58,766 nucleotides of DNA from an uncultured Clostridia bacterium (GTDB taxonomy: Bacteria; Bacillota; Clostridia; TANB77; CAG-508): positions 1 through 58,766 of the forward strand of contig CANQCT010000003.1 of assembly GCA_947589835.1 (NCBI GenBank), written 5' to 3'. The notes beneath the pieces were generated by a model that saw only the letters and a list, made by a program, of their open reading frames with translations, did no database searches and was not told the DNA's origin. Below, piece after piece: positions 30,689 through 40,445 of the stretch. Numbering within the stretch: position 1 is the stretch's first letter; each line of letters starts with the position of its first letter. Made by a program: the position numbers and the translations under genes.

Positions 30689-31306
30689 ATGATATCATTT
30701 ATAAAAGGAATTTTAGAAGTAAAAACAAATGGATATGTAGTTATAGAAACTACAAGTGGAATAGGCTATAAAATTTATATGCCACAAAGTGATATTTCAA
30801 AACTGCCAGAAATAGGAGAAAATGTAAAAGTACATACTTTTATGAGAGTAAGAGAAGATGATATTAGTTTATATGGCTTTAACACAAATGAAGAACTTCG
30901 TATGTTTGAACTACTACTAAATGTAAGTGGAATAGGAGCAAAAGTAGCACTTACAATATTATCAAATGTTACACCATCTGGATTTGCCATAGCAGTTATA
31001 TCAAATGATGTAAATATATTAAAAAAACTACCAGGAATTGGATCAAAAACTGCACAAAGGGTTATTTTAGAACTAAAAGATAAACTAAAAAAAGAACAAG
31101 AATTAACTTCAGAAGAAACAGAGGAAAAATCAAACTTACAAGATGTTATATCAAATGATGAAAAAATATCTGAAGCTGTTAGTGCACTTCAAGTACTTGG
31201 CTACAGCAGAAAAGAAATAGCAGATGCCTTAAAGAATATCGATTCATCATTATCAGTAGAAGATATTATTAGAAAAGGTTTAGGAAATTTATCTAAAGGA
31301 ATTTAA
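30689..31306 (+). CDS. ruvA: Holliday junction branch migration protein RuvA
   Basis: MISFIKG, VREDDISLYGF, VSGIGAK, LPGIGSKTAQRVILELK, ALQVLGY; ATG 30689 with SD AAGGAG. Confidence 0.95.
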   Translation: MISFIKGILEVKTNGYVVIETTSGIGYKIYMPQSDISKLPEIGENVKVHTFMRVREDDISLYGFNTNEELRMFELLLNVSGIGAKVALTILSNVTPSGFAIAVISNDVNILKKLPGIGSKTAQRVILELKDKLKKEQELTSEETEEKSNLQDVISNDEKISEAVSALQVLGYSRKEIADALKNIDSSLSVEDIIRKGLGNLSKGI

Positions 31307-31377
31307 AATATAAAAAGTTATATTAATTATTTTTGCAAATTAATCAAGCAATATATTACAAAAAAGAAGGGAAGAAT

Positions 31378-32623
31378 ATGGATTTAAGTAAGCCACTTGC
31401 ATATAGAATGAGTCCAAAAACATTGGATGACTATGTTGGACAAGAACACATATTAGGCAAAGATAAAATTTTATATAGAACAATTAAAGCAGATAGACTT
31501 TCTAGCATTATTTTGTGGGGACCACCTGGCTGTGGAAAAACCTCTCTTGCTAGAGTAATTAGTAACACTACTAAATACAAATTTTTAAAAATAAATGCTG
31601 TAACATCAGGTGTAGCAGATATAAAAAATGCAGTAGAAACAGCTCAAAATACATTACTTAACCCATCTGGTAGATGCATTCTATTTATAGATGAAATTCA
31701 TCGTTTTAATAAATTACAGCAAGATGCACTTTTACCTTATGTAGAAAATGGAACAGTAATTTTAATAGGTGCTACAACGGAAAATCCATACTTTGAAGTA
31801 AACAAGGCTTTAATTTCAAGGTCAATGGTATTTCATTTAAACCCATTAACAGAAGAAGATATATTTAATGTTTTAAAAAAATCATTAACAGCAGAAGATG
31901 GACTTAAAAGCTATAACATTCAAATAGAAGATAGCACTTTAAGAAAAATAGCCGAAACTTCTAATGGAGATGTTAGAACTGCTTTAAATGGCTTAGAAGT
32001 AGCAGTATTAACTACACAAATGGGCGAAAATGGAGTAATTACAATTACAGATGAAATAGCCAAAGAATGTGTAAAAACAAGAAAAGCAGTATTTGATAAA
32101 AACGGAGATAGCCATTACGATAATATTAGTGCATTTATTAAATCTATGCGTGGAAGCGATCCAGATGCAGCAATTTTTTACTTAGCAAGAGCATTAAATG
32201 CAGGTGAGGACCCAGTATTTATGGCAAGAAGAATTGTAATTTGTGCAGCAGAAGATGTTGGAATGGCAAATCCAAATGCATTAGTTGTTGCAACATCAGC
32301 AATGCAAGCAGTTACAGCAGTAGGTATGCCAGAAGCAAGAATTATTTTAGCAGAGGCAACCGTATATGTAGCAACATCTAAAAAATCAAATTGTGCTTAT
32401 TTAGCAATTGAAAAAGCTTTACAAGACGTAGCAAATAAAGACACAGGTACAATACCAATGCACATTAGAAATGCACCTGCTGAGCGGAATGGCAAAAGAA
32501 GGTTATGGAGTAGGGTATAAATATCCACATGACTTCCAAGGTCACTATGTTGAGCAACAATATTTGCCAGATAAAATGCTTGGAACAAAATATTATATAA
32601 AAGATGACACAATTGAAGATTAA
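31378..32623 (+). CDS. rarA: Replication-associated recombination protein A (MgsA), about 414 aa, with +1 shift at CGG 32485
   Basis: PLAYRM, WGPPGCGKT, DEIHRFNK, GATTENP, KSMRGSD, EDVGMA. MgsA C-terminus GYGVGYKYPHDFQGHYVEQQYLP lies in the +1 frame. Confidence 0.95.
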
Positions 32624-32629
32624 AAATAA

Positions 32630-32656
32630 ACCCCGCAAATATTAAATTTGCGGGGT
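32630..32656. terminator. Terminator hairpin after the recoded rarA stop
   Basis: ACCCCGCAAAT-loop-ATTTGCGGGGT, a few nt after TAA 32621-32623. Confidence 0.65.
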
Positions 32657-32700
32657 GCTTTGATCAATTATCATCAAAGCCCTCTGGAGTCATATAAATG

Positions 32701-32874
32701 CTAAATAAGGTCCTCAGATGAATCATCATCTACACACATAGCTTTGTGCTCTTCCCAGGAAATACTTTCCTGCCGGGCACGTTCACGAGCCTGTTCTCTT
32801 TCATACTCAGCCCACATAGAAATAATCTCTTCATCAGTAGGGTAAGTATGAAGATTAGAGTTGCCTTTGCACAT
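32701..32874 (-). CDS. 57-aa acidic hypothetical protein (not in ORF track)
   Basis: Promoter TTGACT-17-TATAAT (32936-32908), SD AAGGAG, MCKGNSNLHTYPTDEEIISMWAEYEREQARERARQESISWEEHKAMCVDDDSSEDLI*. Confidence 0.65.
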   Translation of the reverse strand: MCKGNSNLHTYPTDEEIISMWAEYEREQARERARQESISWEEHKAMCVDDDSSEDLI

Positions 32875-32994
32875 TTTTGAAACTCCTTTCTAAAATGAGA
32901 TGATGAAATTATAGCATTGCGAATAAAAATAGTCAATATTTTTTATTAGATTTTATTTCTCAGAATTTATTGGATAATAGTTTTATGGTTAATT

Positions 32995-33018
32995 GCTCGA
33001 ATAGTACTATTTCTAAGC
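32995..33018. repeat. Repeat family A, empty site with mismatched arms
   Basis: GCTCGAATAGTACTATTTCTAAGC followed by the conserved flank TTTAATGTAATTATAACTATTAAC. Confidence 0.8.
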
Positions 33019-33191
33019 TTTAATGTAATTATAACTATTAACTAGTAAGTATTTCAGAAAATGTTCAAGGTGAGAAGTTGACTAGTGTAAAAAAATGTGC
33101 TAATATATAAACATAATTTTTTTCTTCTGCATTTTGCAGTTTATATATAAAGCAACTGGTAAAAAAATATTTTAGTAGGAGGTACACTATA

Positions 33192-33485
33192 ATGGAAAAC
33201 ACATTATCTAATGAAATCAAAAGGTACGAAGAGGCAGGAATGAAAGTACAATGTACGCAAGCAGATGGAAAACTGACGTATCAAACCAAAGTAGATCCAA
33301 ACACTTGCAATGGCTGTGAACATTTTCGGCTGTTACCTGATCCGGATCCGTTTGATTGGTTTGATGATGATGATCAAAAGGCAATATGCGAAAAATGTAA
33401 TGCAACAATCGCACAGGCCTTGAGTGTGTTCGAAGCAAATAGTGTGAGGATACCTAGTTGGTGTCCTGAAAAAAAAGCTAAGTAA
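33192..33485 (+). CDS. Cys-rich hypothetical protein
   Basis: SD AGGAGG; CNGCEHF, PDPDPFDWFDDDD, CEKC, IPSWCP. Confidence 0.7.
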   Translation: MENTLSNEIKRYEEAGMKVQCTQADGKLTYQTKVDPNTCNGCEHFRLLPDPDPFDWFDDDDQKAICEKCNATIAQALSVFEANSVRIPSWCPEKKAK

Positions 33486-33486
33486 T

Positions 33487-33536
33487 AAAAAAGTTTCCTA
33501 TTCAAAACAACTTATATTTTGAATAGGAAACTTTTT
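33487..33536. terminator. Bidirectional terminator
   Basis: AAAAGTTTCCTATTCAAAA...TTTTGAATAGGAAACTTTT. Confidence 0.75.
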
Positions 33537-33620
33537 ATTATCATATACAACAAGGTTTCTGGGCACCAACCACAATCTTTGATTGTGGTGGTGGGTAGGG
33601 TTCTTATAATATTATCAAAA

Positions 33621-34529
33621 TTAATCTTTCTTTTTGTCTTTTAAAACTTCTGCTGCAGCACCTAAACTGCTTAAAGCTTTAGTTGCTTCAAATGGAATAA
33701 ATACTTTATTAGCATTACCATTTGCAACTTCTTTTAAAGCTTCTAAAGATTTTAATTGAATTAATTTATCATCAGGGTTTGCTTTCATCATAGCATCATA
33801 TACTACGTGAATTTCTTGAGCCTTAGCTTCAGCAACTTTCTTAATAGCTTCAGCCTCACCAGTTGCTCTTCTAATTTTAGCTTCTTTATCAGCTTCAGCC
33901 TCTAAAATAGCAGCTTCTTTTTTACCTTCTGCAAGAGTAATAGCAGATTGTCTTTCACCTTCAGCTTGTAAAATTAAAGCTCTTTTATTTCTTTCTGCAT
34001 TCATTTGTTTTTCCATTGCATCACGAATATCTGCAGGAGGTGTAATATCTTTAACTTCAACTCTATCTACTTTACAACCCCATTGGTCTGTTGCTTCATC
34101 TAGAATTACTCTTAAATGATCATTAATGGCATCTCTTGAACTAAATGTAGAATCTAAGTCCATTTTACCAACAATATCACGAATAGTAGTAATTGCTAAA
34201 TATTCAATACCCTTCTTTAAATTTTGAATTTCATAAACTGCTTTAGCAGGATCTGTAATTCTGTAGAACACAACTGTATCAATAGTAATAGTAACATTAT
34301 CTTGAGTAATTACACCTTGTGGTGGAATATCCATAGTTTGTTGTTTTAAACTTACTACACTACGAACATGATCTACAAAAGGAATAATAATTGTAAGACC
34401 AGCATCTGCAACTTTATGAAATTTACCAAGTCTTTCTATAATGTATACTTCAGATTGTTTTACTATTTTAATTGTATTAAATGCAATAATTAAAATAATA
34501 ATTAATAGAACTAATAAAACCCATAACAT
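33621..34529 (-). CDS. SPFH/band 7 (stomatin-like, QmcA-type) protein
   Basis: IERLGKF, VITQDNV, SSRDAIN, WGCKVDRVEVKDI, AMEKQMNAER. Confidence 0.93.
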   Translation of the reverse strand: MLWVLLVLLIIILIIAFNTIKIVKQSEVYIIERLGKFHKVADAGLTIIIPFVDHVRSVVSLKQQTMDIPPQGVITQDNVTITIDTVVFYRITDPAKAVYEIQNLKKGIEYLAITTIRDIVGKMDLDSTFSSRDAINDHLRVILDEATDQWGCKVDRVEVKDITPPADIRDAMEKQMNAERNKRALILQAEGERQSAITLAEGKKEAAILEAEADKEAKIRRATGEAEAIKKVAEAKAQEIHVVYDAMMKANPDDKLIQLKSLEALKEVANGNANKVFIPFEATKALSSLGAAAEVLKDKKKD

Positions 34530-34695
34530 AATTTAGGTTCCTCCTTTTATTTTTTTTATAAAAAGCGTATTACAAATTTATAACTTATTTGAAGCTAAAA
34601 AGTTGTAAATTCGCATATTTATCTAAAATTGTAATAAAATATAATTAGAATTTATAAATTTAAATGTAAATCTAAATATTTAGCAAATACGTTTT

Positions 34696-35154
34696 TTAAA
34701 CTTTTGCAGTTGATTTGCTAGAATTATTAGATTTTTCTGCAACAACAGCTTTAACACCATCTATTGCTAAAACTAAAACTTCAGAATCTTTAGGAATAAC
34801 TTTTCCTTCTTCACATTTAGCAGACCAAACTTGACCATCTACTTTTATTTGACCTGTGCCATCAGTAGGATTAATATCTTTTAGTACAACTGCCTTTTTT
34901 CCTACAATAGCAAATGCGTTAGTAACTACTGTTTTATCCTTTTTGGTAAGTTTTTTAACAAAAGGTCTTGTGCAAAAAATAAATAGAGTAGAAGTTACAA
35001 CAAAAACTGAAGTTTGAATAATTATATTGTCTGTAAAAAAACTTGTAACCATTGCACATAAACTTCCAAGACCTAGCCAGAAAATTAGAAAGCCTACTGT
35101 TATAATTTCAGCTATCATAAAAACACCAGCTAATATTAACCAAATATACCACAT
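34696..35154 (-). CDS. NfeD-like protein
   Basis: N-terminal TM helices plus OB fold GQIKVDGQVWSA; paired with SPFH gene. Confidence 0.9.
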   Translation of the reverse strand: MWYIWLILAGVFMIAEIITVGFLIFWLGLGSLCAMVTSFFTDNIIIQTSVFVVTSTLFIFCTRPFVKKLTKKDKTVVTNAFAIVGKKAVVLKDINPTDGTGQIKVDGQVWSAKCEEGKVIPKDSEVLVLAIDGVKAVVAEKSNNSSKSTAKV

Positions 35155-35441
35155 AAGAATTTACCTCCTGATATATTTTTATATGCATTTATTAAAAAAA
35201 TTTTATATACGTTAAAAAATTTAAGATTATTTCAACACAATTCTATTATACTATATTCTTAAGAAAAATGGAATATGTTTTTAAGAAAAATGTCATATTT
35301 TGGTGCCTGAAAGTTTAAAAAAATAAAAGTAATTTAATAAGTTGAAATAAGATATGATGTATGATATACTGAAAAAGTAAACAGATTTAATAAAAAATAT
35401 AAGTAACTATATAAAAATTAGAATGATAGGAGTTAGATAAA

Positions 35442-35759
35442 ATGGATTCTAAAATAACAAAAGTATACAGTATAGAAGAAATAAAAAATATATTGAGAAA
35501 ACTGTTAAAAGATACGCCAGTAAAATCTGTAATTTTATTTGGATCATACGCTAAAAATAAAGCAGATAAAAACAGTGATATAGACTTAATAATAGACACA
35601 AAACAAACATTAATGGGATTTAAGTTATATAGCTTAATTACAAAAATAGAAGAAACATTTAATAAAGAAATTGATGCCTTTGAAAAATCAGAGATAATTG
35701 AAAATTCTAAAATAGATGAAGAAATAAAAAAAACAGGAGTTATTGTATATGAAAAATAA
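35442..35759 (+). CDS. Minimal nucleotidyltransferase (MNT) antitoxin
   Basis: LFGSYA...SDIDL motif, 105 aa, overlaps HEPN gene. Confidence 0.88.
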   Translation: MDSKITKVYSIEEIKNILRKLLKDTPVKSVILFGSYAKNKADKNSDIDLIIDTKQTLMGFKLYSLITKIEETFNKEIDAFEKSEIIENSKIDEEIKKTGVIVYEK

Positions 35760-36105
35760 GGAATATATATCATTAGTAAAAATGATTGAATATATAGACA
35801 AATCAAAAAAATATACGGAAGGATATACTTTTGAACAATTTTGCAAAGATGATAAAACTATTGATGCAACAATATTTGCGATAAGTCAAATAGGAGAACT
35901 AGTAAAAAATATATCTGAAGAAACAATGAATAAATATCCTAACATTGAATGGAATATGATAAAAGGACTTAGAAATAGAATAGTACATGATTATGAGGGA
36001 ATTAACTTAAAGAGTATATGGTATATTTTGGAAAAAGATATTATTAATTTAAAAAGTGATATTCAAGATATTTTAAACGGGACCTCTCAAAACTGCGAAA
36101 AATAG
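35749..36105 (+). CDS. HEPN/DUF86 (HepT-like) RNase toxin
   Basis: QIGE, YPNIEW, RNRIVHDY (RX4H); last codons come from a family A repeat fragment. Confidence 0.88.
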   Translation: MKNKEYISLVKMIEYIDKSKKYTEGYTFEQFCKDDKTIDATIFAISQIGELVKNISEETMNKYPNIEWNMIKGLRNRIVHDYEGINLKSIWYILEKDIINLKSDIQDILNGTSQNCEK

Positions 36106-36117
36106 TACTATTTAAGC
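36076..36117. repeat. Repeat family A, half copy
   Basis: AACGGGACCTCTCAAAACTGCGAAAAATAGTACTATTTAAGC matches the 3' half of other copies. Confidence 0.85.
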
Positions 36118-36224
36118 TTTAATGTAATACTAACAAAAGCTTTGAAAAAATTAATTTAAAGTATTGATTTTAAAATAAAAAGGTGTTAGAATAATTAACA
36201 TTAGTAAACAAATAACCAATAAAA

Positions 36225-36541
36225 AAGCAAAGTAGGTAAAAAGTAGTATAAGAAAGAGAGATAAACAGTAGCTGAAAGTTTATTATTATCAATTTTACTG
36301 AAATTTCACTTTTTTTGGTCTTTTCTTGAAAAAGTATTTATATTTTACTAGAGAAAAGCGTTAGTTACGTTATAACTACAATAAGGTTAATTTTTATTTA
36401 AAATTACTTCAATATTAATTATAAAAGCATTAAATAAACTTTTATATAATATAAAAATTAAGTAAATTTTAAATTAATTAATAAATTTAGGTGGTACCAC
36501 GAAACCATTTCGTCCTATTATATGGATGGAATGGTTTTTTT
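36225..36541 (+). promoter_or_regulatory. T-box riboswitch, Phe specifier
   Basis: Stem I AGAGA and GCTGAAA motifs, specifier TTC at 36305-36307, T-box AATTTAGGTGGTACCACG at 36484-36501, terminator AAACCATT...AATGGTTTTTT; upstream of pheS. Confidence 0.9.
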
Positions 36542-36568
36542 GATATTAAAGAAAGGGGAAAAAATACT

Positions 36569-37588
36569 ATGAAAGAACAAATTGCACAAATTAAAGAAAA
36601 AGCACTTAGTGAAATACAAAATGCCAAAGATGCAAAAGCGTTAGATGATGTAAGAATTAAGTACTTAGGAAAAAAAGGTGAGCTTACTTTAATTTTAAGA
36701 GGAATGGGCGGACTTTCACCAGAAGAAAGGCCAATAATAGGTAGTTTAGTAAATGAAGTAAGAGATGAACTAGAAGCTAAAATTGAGAATGGAGAAAAAC
36801 ATTTTGCAAACTTAGAAATTGAAAAAAAGCTAGCAACAGAAAACATAGATGTTACTATGCCAAGCAAAAAAAGCAGTTTAGGAAGTGTACATCCAATAAC
36901 ACAAATTATTAATGATGTAAAAGAAATATTTATTGGAATGGGTTATGAAATCGCAGATGGACCAGAAGTAGAACTTGCAGAATATAATTTTGATAAATTA
37001 AATACACCACCAGACCACCCTGCAAGAGATATACAAGATACTTTTTACATTACAGATGATATAATACTTCGTTCTCAAACATCATCAGTTCAAGCAAGAG
37101 TAATGGAAACTACAAAACCACCAATTAAAATTATTTGCCCAGGAGCAGTGTATCGTTCAGATAGTGTAGATGCAACACACTCTCCAGTATTCCATCAAAT
37201 TGAAGGGCTAGTAATAGATAAAAACATATCAATGGCAGATTTAAAAGGAACACTTGCAATGTTTGCTAAAAAATGCTTAGGAGAAAAAACATTAGTTAGA
37301 TTTAGACCACATCATTTTCCATTTACAGAGCCAAGTGCAGAAGCAGATGTATCTTGCTTTGTATGTGGCGGAAAGGGCTGCAGAGTATGTAAAGGAGAAG
37401 GCTGGATAGAGCTTTTAGGTTGTGGAATGGTTCATCCAAACGTACTTCGTAATTGCGGAATTGACCCAGAAGAATATTCTGGTTTTGCATTTGGATTTGG
37501 CGTTGAAAGAATTGCAATGGCAAAATTCGGAATTGACGATATGCGTTTATTATATGAAAACGATGTGAGATTTTTGAAACAATTTTAG
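36569..37588 (+). CDS. pheS: Phenylalanine--tRNA ligase alpha subunit
   Basis: [41 protein letters not shown]; true start ATG 36569. Confidence 0.97.
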   Translation: MKEQIAQIKEKALSEIQNAKDAKALDDVRIKYLGKKGELTLILRGMGGLSPEERPIIGSLVNEVRDELEAKIENGEKHFANLEIEKKLATENIDVTMPSKKSSLGSVHPITQIINDVKEIFIGMGYEIADGPEVELAEYNFDKLNTPPDHPARDIQDTFYITDDIILRSQTSSVQARVMETTKPPIKIICPGAVYRSDSVDATHSPVFHQIEGLVIDKNISMADLKGTLAMFAKKCLGEKTLVRFRPHHFPFTEPSAEADVSCFVCGGKGCRVCKGEGWIELLGCGMVHPNVLRNCGIDPEEYSGFAFGFGVERIAMAKFGIDDMRLLYENDVRFLKQF

Positions 37589-37722
37589 TTGGGGACAGTC
37601 CCTTTTTCCCCTTTTGGGATAAAAAGGGACAGGTCACAATTAGATGAGATAAATTTTATTGTTGTAAAAATGGGTGATGTGTCCCCAACTGCTTGAAAAT
37701 AGCTAATAGGGATCTGTCCCCA
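37589..37722. repeat. REP-like GGGACAG cluster (family C)
   Basis: Two GGGACAG units facing two TGTCCCCAA units between pheS and pheT; related units at 50808-50854 and 55487-55532. Confidence 0.7.
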
Positions 37723-37739
37723 ACAAGGGAGGAAATTAA

Positions 37740-40151
37740 ATGAAAGCAAGTATAGAATGGTTAAGAGAGTATGCAGACATAAATGTAAGCCCAAAAGAAT
37801 TGGGCGATATACTAACAATGACTGGATCTAAAGTAGAAACAATAGAAGAACAGGGCAAAGATATTCAAAATGTAGTTGTTGGAAAAATATTAGAAATTAA
37901 ACCACATATAGATTCAGACCACTTAGTAGTAACAAAAGTAGATGTAGGAAATGGAGAAATTTTGCAAATTGTAACAGGTGCTCAAAATATTAAAGAAGGC
38001 GACGTTGTTCCGATTGCAAAAGATGGCTCAAAATTACCAGGTGGAGTAGAAATTAAAACTGGTAAACTAAGAGGTGTAGATTCTTGTGGAATGATGTGTT
38101 CTGTAGGAGAATTAGGGTTAGATATTCATAATTATCCAGACCAAATTGAAAATGGTATTATGATTTTAAAACCTGAGCTAGAAAAAGAGCTAGGAAAGGA
38201 TATTAAAGAAGTATTAGGAATAAATCAAACAGTTATAGATTTTGAAATTACACCAAATAGACCAGATTGTTTTGCTGTAGAAGGATTAGGCAGAGAAACT
38301 GCGGTTTCTTTAAATGTACCTTTTAAAAATCCTCACAAAAACATAGATGCAATGAGCATAAAAGATGTAGATAATATAGATGGTTTAACAGTAGAAATTA
38401 CAGCGCCAGATTTATGCTACCGCTATATTGCAAGAGTTGTAAAAAATGTTAAAATTGCACCATCTCCAGAATGGATGGTAAAAAGATTAAATTGCTGTGG
38501 AGTAAGATCTATAAATAACATTGTAGATATTACTAACTATGTTATGCTTGAAATGGGTCAACCAATGCATGCATTTGATATAAATTCAATTGAAGGAAAG
38601 CATATTACAGTAAGAAGAGCTAAAAAAGATGAAAAAATTATTACCCTAGATGATCAAGAAAGAAACTTAAATGAAAATATGCTAGTAATAGCTGATAGCA
38701 AAAAGCCAGTAGCCATAGCAGGTGTTATGGGTGGTCAAAACTCTGAAATTGAGCCTACAACACAAACAGTAGTATTTGAATCTGCTGTATTTTATGGTGG
38801 CAGTGTTAGAAAAACTGCAAAAGCAGTAGGATTAAGAACAGAAGCTTCTAGCCGTTATGAAAAAGGGTTATCTCCAGAAAACGCATTAAGAGCAATTAAC
38901 AGAGCAGTAGAATTGGTAGAGCTAATTGGTGCTGGTGAAGCGGTAGATGGAAAAATTGATGTTTACCCAACTAAACAAAAAATAGCAAGAATTCCATTAA
39001 ATGTAGATAGAATTAATTTATTATTAGGAACAAATCTATCTAAAGAAGAAATGATTAAAACTTTAGAAAAATTAGAAATTAAGGTAGAAAACAGTGAAGT
39101 TATACCACCATATTTTAGACCAGATATACAGCAATTAGCAGATGTGGCAGAAGAAGTTTTAAGATTTTATGGATATGATAAATTAGGAACTACTTTAATT
39201 AATGCAGAAACAACTTTAGGTGGAAAAAATAAAGAGCAAAAAATAGCAGATAATGTATCAGAATTTTTAGTAAATAGCGGATTATCTGAAATTTGTACTT
39301 ATGGTTTCCTAAGTGAAAAAGACCTAGCAAAATGCAATATAGAAGGAAATAACGAATATCTTACAGAAGCTGTTAGAATTCAAAACCCATTAAGCGAAGA
39401 TTATACTGTAATGAAAACTACTTCTGTTCCAACTATGATGCAAACTTTAGCAACTAACAACAATTATAAAAACAAAGATGTAAAATTATTCGATTTATCT
39501 AGAGTGTACAGAAACAAAAAAGGTGCAATCGAAAGTGGAAATTTACCAGAAGAAAGCAATATTTTAACTATTGGTATATATAGTGAAAAAGAAGATTTTT
39601 ATACATTAAAAGGATTAGTAGAAAATGTACTAGAAGTAGCGGGACTTCAAAGATATGATGTTAGAAAAGAAAAAGAAAATAAAATGTATCATCCAGGAAG
39701 ATGTGCAAACTTTAATGTAGGAGCTGATGTAGTTGCTACAATAGGAGAGGCAAACCCATTACTTACAAGAAATTATGATATAACTCAAAGAGTACTTCTT
39801 GCAGAAATAAATATAGATAAATTAACAAAATATGCTAGAAAAAATCAAAAATATGCACCAATTACTAGATTTCCAGCAGTGGAAAGAGATATTAGTATGG
39901 TGGTAAATGAAGAGGTAGAAGTAGGAGAGATTGAAAAAATTATTGAAAAGAAGGCTAAAAAATTATTAGAAGAAGCAAAATTATTTGATGTTTATAGAAA
40001 TGAAAAATTAGGGGAAAACAAAAAAAGTGTTGCATATAGCCTAAAATTTAGAGTTCCAGATAGAACTTTAACAGATGATGAAATTAATAGTGCTATGAAG
40101 GAAATTATTGCTGAATTAGAAAAATCTTTAGGAGCAGAACTAAGAAAATAA
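37740..40151 (+). CDS. pheT: Phenylalanine--tRNA ligase beta subunit
   Basis: QIVTGA, SCGMMCS, ITPNRPD, VDITNYVM, FPAVERDIS, RTLTDDEI. Confidence 0.97.
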   Translation: MKASIEWLREYADINVSPKELGDILTMTGSKVETIEEQGKDIQNVVVGKILEIKPHIDSDHLVVTKVDVGNGEILQIVTGAQNIKEGDVVPIAKDGSKLPGGVEIKTGKLRGVDSCGMMCSVGELGLDIHNYPDQIENGIMILKPELEKELGKDIKEVLGINQTVIDFEITPNRPDCFAVEGLGRETAVSLNVPFKNPHKNIDAMSIKDVDNIDGLTVEITAPDLCYRYIARVVKNVKIAPSPEWMVKRLNCCGVRSINNIVDITNYVMLEMGQPMHAFDINSIEGKHITVRRAKKDEKIITLDDQERNLNENMLVIADSKKPVAIAGVMGGQNSEIEPTTQTVVFESAVFYGGSVRKTAKAVGLRTEASSRYEKGLSPENALRAINRAVELVELIGAGEAVDGKIDVYPTKQKIARIPLNVDRINLLLGTNLSKEEMIKTLEKLEIKVENSEVIPPYFRPDIQQLADVAEEVLRFYGYDKLGTTLINAETTLGGKNKEQKIADNVSEFLVNSGLSEICTYGFLSEKDLAKCNIEGNNEYLTEAVRIQNPLSEDYTVMKTTSVPTMMQTLATNNNYKNKDVKLFDLSRVYRNKKGAIESGNLPEESNILTIGIYSEKEDFYTLKGLVENVLEVAGLQRYDVRKEKENKMYHPGRCANFNVGADVVATIGEANPLLTRNYDITQRVLLAEINIDKLTKYARKNQKYAPITRFPAVERDISMVVNEEVEVGEIEKIIEKKAKKLLEEAKLFDVYRNEKLGENKKSVAYSLKFRVPDRTLTDDEINSAMKEIIAELEKSLGAELRK

Positions 40152-40241
40152 GCTAAAAAAGGGATACAAATTATTTATATATAATTTATATCCTTTTTTA
40201 TTGTATAAAGAAATGAAAAGTATAATTGCTATTAGCAAATG

Positions 40242-40390
40242 ATAAAAGGAAAATATAATGAATTCGATAGCGCCGCGCTAGCCGCTAAGCGAGAGCTCCC
40301 AAAGGGAGCGGAGCGCGAGTGGAGCAGCCTACCAATCATTGGATTGGCTGCGACAAGCAAGGCGCAAGAATCATTATATTTTCCTTTTTA
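40242..40390. repeat. GC-rich structured repeat family B, copy 2
   Basis: Reverse complement of the 10164-10315 core, with a different but self-complementary outer stem. Confidence 0.85.
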
Positions 40391-40445
40391 TTTATAAATA
40401 ATTAACCTTAGCCTAAAATCCTTTTTATTTATAAAACAATTAACC

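Noticed and set aside
32730-32936. 68-aa track ORF
   Set aside because: Its start is the -35 box; the SD-supported ORF is 32874-32701 in another frame.
36491-36568. N-terminal extension of PheS from GTG 36491
   Set aside because: This is the T-box antiterminator/terminator; the SD-supported start is 36569.
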